A stretch of 64,000 nucleotides of DNA from Piedraia hortae CBS 480.64 (Eukaryota). Numbering within the stretch: position 1 is the first letter of the stretch; each line of letters starts with the position of its first letter. The notes below the pieces were generated by a model, which was not told where the DNA came from, ran no database searches, and was given only the letters and a program-made list of their open reading frames with translations. The position numbers and the translations under genes were made by a program. Location of the stretch: positions 310,001 through 374,000 of the forward strand of contig MU005961.1 in assembly GCA_010093745.1 (NCBI GenBank). Reading direction: 5' to 3'. Below are positions 57,480-64,000 of this stretch, one piece after another.

Positions 57480-58868
57480 TTAGGCCAGTTCTGAGCAGCA
57501 ACGGGCGCACCTGCAGTTCCCGCCTAGGGCGCCACGGGCCCACTCTCTCCGCTCGTGCACTGGGAGGTCGACATCGCAATAGTGGTTCAGCACCTCTTCG
57601 CCGGCGCGGATGGGACGACGGGCAATCAGCTTAATATCCGCAGCCCATTGCCAAGTGACGTTGGGATCACAGCTGTGGTTGGCGAGACACCAGGCCGGAT
57701 GCACGGCTCCGACGTCCGGCCCGCTTGCCGGACGGGAAAGCCGAGCCGACGCCGTTCCGCGAAACTTGGCGTAAAGCGTATTGAAGATCCAGACGTCAAA
57801 CCGCCGGTCGGCAAAGACGTCAATGTCCAGCTTTTCCAGCACGTGCAGCGGCAGACGCACGGCGTATTCGAAGCTGAACGGCAATCGGCGGTTTATGCCA
57901 AAATCGCCCCAAAGAGTCCGTACCTCGCGCAGCTGCAGCGGATTCCGCCCCTGCGCCAGCGCCATGCACAACACCCGTACTAGCAGTAGCGTGTAGAGTG
58001 CGTCGGCTGCGTCTGCCGGTGCGACGTCTTTGAGAATTGCTTCCGAGTCACTGCCGCACTGTGCCGAGTGGTAAGCTTGCCATGATCTCTCCTTGCACTC
58101 TTCGCTGCAGAAGACGACCTCGTCGCATTCGTCGCATCCCGTCGTCTCCGTCCTTGATGATAACTCTGCGCTACAGCCATCGCAAAGCGTCTCATGCAGT
58201 CTGTTGTTGGCCGTCAACATGGACCTTTCCTTCAACACGACCTCGTCCTTATCTATATCCACCTTTGCAAACACTCCCAGCTGCATCCAACCTCCGTCTC
58301 CATCTAGTCTAGGAAGTTCCACAGTCCTCACTTCCAGCTTCGGCGCCACTGCCCTCATCATCACATTCAGGTCATTTAAGTTCTCGTCCCCCAATCTATC
58401 GCCTTCGTATTCGTTCCAAGGGTAAACCTCCCTCCTAGCCCAGCCGTCTTCTGGGCCATTGACATCCTCAATCTCAATCCCTGGAATCCTCCTCCGTGCA
58501 AGCGCAGCGTACTCTCGCGCAGCGTCCCTACACCCGCACTCTTTTAACGCAAAAACCAGCGTCTTAAAAACCAAGGGAAGGTACTCCTCCTCATGCAGCC
58601 CATCCGCGGTCGCGACAGAGTGGTATTCGTCGCTTTCATCATTAGCAGCATCTGCCAATAGTAACGCTTTATACGCTTCCCCCGTTGCAAGATCGGGGTA
58701 GTCTAGTGCTAGGTATACGTGCGCAGAGTAGATGTATAGTCCTACACTGTAGCAGTTCTCGGGCTGTAGGAGGAGGGTGGAGATTTCTTCCCGCGCGGTT
58801 TCCGGTGAGGATATCGCCAAAGGGATGTCAGAAGACTTGATGTAGCCTAGGGCGGTAGATTTATCCAT
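57480..58868 (-). CDS. SET and MYND domain protein (SMYD-like lysine methyltransferase)
   Basis: QLGVFAK, CDGC..CDEC..FCSEEC..YHSAQC, NHSCDPN, GEEVLNHY and post-SET CRCARC. Confidence 0.9.
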   Translation of the reverse strand: MDKSTALGYIKSSDIPLAISSPETAREEISTLLLQPENCYSVGLYIYSAHVYLALDYPDLATGEAYKALLLADAANDESDEYHSVATADGLHEEEYLPLVFKTLVFALKECGCRDAAREYAALARRRIPGIEIEDVNGPEDGWARREVYPWNEYEGDRLGDENLNDLNVMMRAVAPKLEVRTVELPRLDGDGGWMQLGVFAKVDIDKDEVVLKERSMLTANNRLHETLCDGCSAELSSRTETTGCDECDEVVFCSEECKERSWQAYHSAQCGSDSEAILKDVAPADAADALYTLLLVRVLCMALAQGRNPLQLREVRTLWGDFGINRRLPFSFEYAVRLPLHVLEKLDIDVFADRRFDVWIFNTLYAKFRGTASARLSRPASGPDVGAVHPAWCLANHSCDPNVTWQWAADIKLIARRPIRAGEEVLNHYCDVDLPVHERREWARGALGGNCRCARCCSELA

Positions 58869-58981
58869 GGAGAGTTTAGTGTGTGGTGAACATCTTGGCG
58901 TTTCCTGACCGTTGTGGCTTGACTCCTACACGATATCTGATTACAGCATTACCATACCTCCTCCGACCCAAAATTACCAAA

Positions 58982-60825
58982 CTAACGCAAACACCCTCTT
59001 TCCCGTCTCGCAATCCTCTCCTCCCACGCCGTAGGCTTCAATCCCTCCGCCCCACCCAACACCGCCGCCAACGGCTCCGCATTCAACATCCCATTCGTGC
59101 GCAGCATCGCAACCAACGCAGCAGACAACAGCGCATTCTGCCTCTCCAGCGCCTCAACCCTCCCATCCTCTCTCGTCGTCGCCGGGGTAGCGAAACCCTT
59201 CTCCGACGCGGTAGACGTGGACGGCGTGGGCGGCATGCCCCGAATCTTCCTTGCCGAAGCCGATCTCGGCCGCGGAACATGAGACGTCTTCACCGTCCTC
59301 CCCTGACGCAGCGGAGCAGACCTTTCATCGCTCTCTGGCGGCGCAGCGATTTTCCTCCTCAGTCTCACATCAAGTGACGGCCGATCTCTTAGTTTCCGCT
59401 GTCTCGTCCTCGCTTCACGGGAGGAGGGATAAGGGAACTTTGAGGATGTTTTCCGTTTAATCGGGCCGGTGCATTCTGTTGTGACCGTTGCGCGGACCGT
59501 TGGATCGTGGAATGTGTCGAGGGGTTTGACTTTTTCTGGTGCTGCTCGTAGTGCGTTCTTTGGTGGTGGTCGAGGACCGGACACTTGTCCCATCTCCTCG
59601 CTCCCAGACTTGACGCTCCCAGTAGGGTCGACCCCGTCCAACAAGATCTTGGGATCCGCGATGCGTCGAGGGGAGGGATGTTTCAGCTCCAGCGGAGTAT
59701 TCATTCTCGGTAGCGCCGTTACCTCTTTCTCAACGGGATGACTCCTCAACGCGGGACACTTGTTCTTCGAGAACCTCTCATCGTGAACCCTCTCATCCGG
59801 AACCCTCTCATCGGGTATCCTCAACTTCTTCTCCTCTTCCAAAGGAAGATGCGTTGAAGATTTCCTCGACGGAGAAGGGTTCTCCTCCCGCGCAGCTTGT
59901 AACCCGGAGAGATAACTCTCCAGAAACTCGTTCGAGTCGAAGGAGATGGAGACGGTTGAGTCGTGGATTCCGAAGGGCTCGTTATTCGAGGACCGCTCTG
60001 CGAGGGAGGAGACCAGTGGGGTGAGAGAGAGGTATTTCTTGCCTGGACATTGTTAGTGGCATTCTAGGGAGGGTGGTCCGGCCGGAAAAAAACAGGGGAC
60101 GGGGAAAGGCGAGATCGCCATGGAGGGTCGCCGGAGGGTCCGGGACAGAACAGGGGCCGGAAACGGTGAATGGGTAAGGGCAAGAAAAAGGCGAGATGGG
60201 GAAAGAACAGGTCCGGGGAAAGGACATGCCTGGGAGAACGGTGAACGGAGCAACGGGCCAACGGGAAACGGGCGGGACAGGGCCAAAGCTGAAAGGGAGA
60301 AAGGGTGATGCCATACCAGAAGCAGTCCGTCGTTCCTCAACCCCCCTCGGCACCACCATCTTCTGCAGTAATCCACCTTCGTCCCTCAAAACTCCATTCA
60401 ACCTATCCCATCAGTGCAATCCACCAAACCCCCCCCCCCCCCAAAGAGGGGCTCAAATGGAGAACGTACCTATCATGAGCCTGCACAGCATTCGAACTCG
60501 GCTTGCGGTATTTCTTTAAAAACCTCAATGCATCCTTCTGCGGAGCATCACGACCCGCTTTCGCAGGTCCGGTGGTGCGGAGGAAGTAAGCGAGATCGCG
60601 GGAGGCGTTGTCGCGGGGGAGGAGGGTGAATGATCTGAGGGAGGATTTGGCTGTGTTGGAAGGGGAAGGGGGGGGATGTTTCGCGGAGGGATGTCTCTCC
60701 ACGGAGGGTTGATACGCTGTGGAGTAAGGTTCCCTCCTCTCCTCCTCAATCCGAATACTATCCTCGCGGAGGATAGAACTACTCCCCTTTCGACTTGTTT
60801 CTCTGCTTCGGAGGCCGAACACCAT
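58982..60825 (-). CDS. Conserved fungal hypothetical protein; introns 60403-60469 and 60043-60316
   Basis: DLAYFLRTTGP, TASG|KKYLSL and RVEALERQNALLSAALVAML. Canonical splice sites join three ORF-track fragments in frame. Start at 60825 chosen on ATG context. Confidence 0.75.
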
Positions 60826-61462
60826 TGCCGGCGGCGGGATGTGGAGGGGTGGTGGTGGGGGAATGGGGGAATAATCCAAGAGGGTATCCAAAGAGGGATG
60901 ATTTCGTGGGACGGTAGCCTGGGTGTGATGATCCTGTGGGAGAGTATCAAGCAGAAAATTCCCCACTGAAGTCGTGGTAGGACGCCAAGGCCTAAGCTGC
61001 ACTTCGCCGCTCTGCATCATCTTCTCATAAAAATAACAGGGTGATGCAAACGGCCGGATTTGTACGCCCGTCCCCACCACTATGAATCCGAAAGAAAAAA
61101 GTAAAGGGAACGCGGAAAGTTATAGAGTTCCCCAGCAAGGCCAACCCCCCCTCCCCCCTCCCCTCCCCCAAGGAAACTATCAAAATGAAATAACGCCCCT
61201 GTGTGCTACACGATGAAAGAGAGGAGGGATTGTAACACTCCATGCATTGTGCCGTTTTCTCGATGGATGTGTGGGGAACTATCATACAACCAGGCTGAAC
61301 AAGGGAGCGTGCATGCATGCATGGATGCAACTTCCTTCCGTTTAGTCTTCCCTGCATGACATGGACTTCCATTCCCCCTCATGGATAGACAGTGTGGGCG
61401 AAAGGTACAAAGAACAGCGGATAGGGCGTTAGACCCATCCGTGGTTGTGGTGGTGGTTCTTG

Positions 61463-61497
61463 CTTTTTTTTTTTTTTTTGTTGTTGTTGTTGTTGTG
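61463..61497. repeat. Poly-T followed by (TTG)n microsatellite
   Basis: T run followed by GTT repeats in an intergenic region. Confidence 0.85.
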
Positions 61498-62750
61498 ACA
61501 GGGTAGGGCGATAGGGTTTGGTGGATGTGTTGCACAACGTTCGCCACCCCGGGGTTACACTGTTTGGAGAAACACCTTTGGGGTTTCCACGCGCGCGCTA
61601 GCCTGCACCACGAGGGTCAAGATGTCTTTGAAGGGAAGATCTGTGTGAAAAGTACACTTGGCCGTGAGAGATGCTTCCGTGGCTTGTTGACCATCCTGGG
61701 GAAGAAGTTCTTCTCGACTTGAGTGGGCTCCCGCTGCACATAAGGTTACATATCGGGTTCTGGCAGGACCGTGGACCTTGGCCGGAAGTAATTTTGCCAT
61801 GACCGGGAGGACGGAATAGAGTGAGTGACGGTCAGCGTCCGCTTCTCCTATCAAGACGGTGTGTATAGTTCCATCCCGGCTGGCAGATCTCGTAGCACCC
61901 CTCACGTGGAAAAACGCTCCACGAGTCTCGGCATTAAACCATCAGATATCACGACCATAGATCAATAAAATACACAAACTCCCCGTTCACCGCACGAATC
62001 CTCTCGCAGCACATATTGTTCCATCTCGGCTCTTCGCAGACGGGTGGACGATGCTCCACACGCGCTTCGAGCCTGAAATGTTCGTACCCGGTTTTTGTAC
62101 AGAATCCCCGGTAGGATGTATATGAAGGATGTAACGATAGATCTGTAGGTATGTATCACCTCCATTTTCTCAGAATTTGTGTCTCCCTGGTGGTAGGATT
62201 GTCTGCCCGTTGCGCATGGTAGGTTACATCCCGTCCTCGGGTTCTGGCAGGGAATTGTGGAACGGTGACCGTGGGGTATCTCCCCACGAGGCATGTTGCG
62301 CGATTCTACGCTGAGGTGTCGGTAGCCGATCATTTGGAGGTACAACTTCTACTACGAACTGTGACAGATATGTACCACCTCGGGGTCGAAACCTGGATGG
62401 GATGTGTATTCCCTGATATATAAACCCTCTTCCTCAGATGATGGAGAGTGAAAGGACGTTTATAACCTGGCACATATATGATGGTGTGACCGTTCATCCC
62501 GTTCGCAACTTCTAGTGAATTTGTACAATTCATGCTGGAACAGAAGGGAACTTCTCTACAATATACCCATAACCCAAGGCTCAAGAAAAACCATGCTTTT
62601 GCCCCCGAATGAGCCTACAATGCTGGAAGAGATTAGTATCTCCACCGTAAAAAATCTTCATCAGGTCAGCAAAGGCAGAAGAATGTCACATGTTACAGCC
62701 TGTCGACTGTCGACTGTCGACTGCTAAAACTACCAAAAGGTATCATCACA

Positions 62751-64000
62751 TCAAGACTTTATTCTCGAATTCAGAAAAATCTCCCCCCCGTCTATCCTTA
62801 GATGAGACTCTACCATTGCTGTGTCGTCTTGCTCCCAATCAGCCACGTCATGAAACTCCTTAACTGAACTAGCCCGACTGAGTTGCTGCTGTTGCTGGTC
62901 ATTAACCTTTACCGCGGCGGGCAGCGGAGCGCAAAAGGTCCATGGTTGACCATTGTAAGGATCGTAGGTATCCCTGAAGACGTAGATGCTGAGACGGTAG
63001 TCGATGTGGAAAGGACAGTAGGGTGGATTGGTCTCCACGTCGTTGGCTGCTGCTGTGAGGGTGTTGCCGTTGCTGGGTTTTAAGGAACCATTATTATCAG
63101 CAGTTCTTAAACTCCAGAAGCCGTGTGGTCCCTGGCCTATGCAGTTGTTTTTAGCTTCTCCAGGTAGGGTAAAAATTCGCGGCTGCTTGTGTCTTTTCAA
63201 TCCGGGAACCATGACTTCCCCCCGTTGGCGGGAGACGTGCTCGACAGAGTAGAGGGATAGCTGCCTTCGAGTGGCTACCGTCAAGACGCGATCGTTGTGC
63301 CATTGCATCCACATGATGCTGCCCACTTCGACGCTTTCCTTTATCCGAACCTTGTTGTCTTCGGCATGCCACATATCGCTCGCTCCGCTTCGAGCTGCCA
63401 TGTAGCCTTGGCCGATTCCGCGCGCAACGGCGCGACGACTGACCGCGCCTGCGGCCGCCGCCGTTTCTTTGAATCCCGCAAACGTTGTTGGTAGTGCGTA
63501 CTGAGACTTCAACGCCATGGCTTGGCTGGAAACTGATTGTGACCACGACCGCCAGCCACCAAGCAAGCCGCCGCTACTAGGAGGAGATCTTCCCGGAGAC
63601 ACTTCCACCGTCGCCTCAGCTTTGTTCGACGGCACACTTATCGTGCCCCGTCTCTTCTTCTTTTTACTCGGTTTGGTCTGGAACTCGTGCAGATGAATGG
63701 TGCCGTGGCTTGTCAAGATTGCGAGCCAATTATCTGGACCAGGCCAGACCGTATCAACAATGACAGACGGACTACTGCGCTCAACCTTATCAACCTGCTT
63801 GACGTGAGGACCTTGCTCGGGTCTGTCATCTGCCAAAACGCTGCTTGAGCCATGTGCCATGTGTGTGAGGTCCCAAATAAAAGACATGTCGCCGTGTCTG
63901 TTGCTGGTCAAGAGCCGCAGACCGTCAGCAGAGAGTGAAATGTAGTTACACCCTTCCACCAGTGCAAATGTCGCCATTGGCAAGGGCGCTTGTCGGGGCT
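62751..64000 (-). CDS. BCAS3/Atg18-like beta-propeller protein, C-terminal part (5' end outside the window)
   Basis: ISLSADGLRLLTSNRHGD..WDL..R..PSVIVD.VW..LAILTSHGTIHL and ETNPPYCPFH.D.R. Confidence 0.72.
   Translation of the reverse strand, partial: PRQAPLPMATFALVEGCNYISLSADGLRLLTSNRHGDMSFIWDLTHMAHGSSSVLADDRPEQGPHVKQVDKVERSSPSVIVDTVWPGPDNWLAILTSHGTIHLHEFQTKPSKKKKRRGTISVPSNKAEATVEVSPGRSPPSSGGLLGGWRSWSQSVSSQAMALKSQYALPTTFAGFKETAAAAGAVSRRAVARGIGQGYMAARSGASDMWHAEDNKVRIKESVEVGSIMWMQWHNDRVLTVATRRQLSLYSVEHVSRQRGEVMVPGLKRHKQPRIFTLPGEAKNNCIGQGPHGFWSLRTADNNGSLKPSNGNTLTAAANDVETNPPYCPFHIDYRLSIYVFRDTYDPYNGQPWTFCAPLPAAVKVNDQQQQQLSRASSVKEFHDVADWEQDDTAMVESHLRIDGGEIFLNSRIKS

Noticed and set aside
59771..59815. 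15-bp tandem repeat (PDERV x3)
   Set aside because: Ordinary slippage in a disordered coding region; not CRISPR-like.
61080..62750. Short ORFs, (TGCA)n and (GTCGACT)3 repeats in the long spacer
   Set aside because: No consistent gene model or RNA motif; compatible with promoter/UTR sequence.

Overview
Eukaryotic DNA from a filamentous ascomycete (Pezizomycotina, probably Dothideomycetes; taxon is inferred from protein style) with a very compact genome. Most introns are 42-57 nt with GCTAAC/CTGAC branch sites, and convergent stop codons lie as little as 2-49 bp apart. The window holds about 39 protein genes, mostly housekeeping (G1 cyclin, PDX1, Pol kappa, SWC3, HSP90, NCE102, VPS33, HisRS, CPS1, cyclophilin, CitE, TVP23, CaMK, UBE2W, LCL3, ARC35, PWP1, PRP16, BCAS3-like), plus an intron-containing tRNA-Phe(GAA) and two assembly gaps. 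The most notable region is a loosely packed accessory block next to the tRNA (about 6.4-13.1 kb). It carries an intact Spok (spore-killer)-family ORF whose nuclease and kinase catalytic residues both appear substituted, flanked by two genes built from Sho1-type SH3 domains (one with four in tandem). Also notable: a likely H/ACA snoRNA in a VPS33 intron, VPS33 and HisRS start codons only 14-53 bp apart head-to-head, and two GC-AG introns. All calls are by eye and from recalled motifs; no searches were run.
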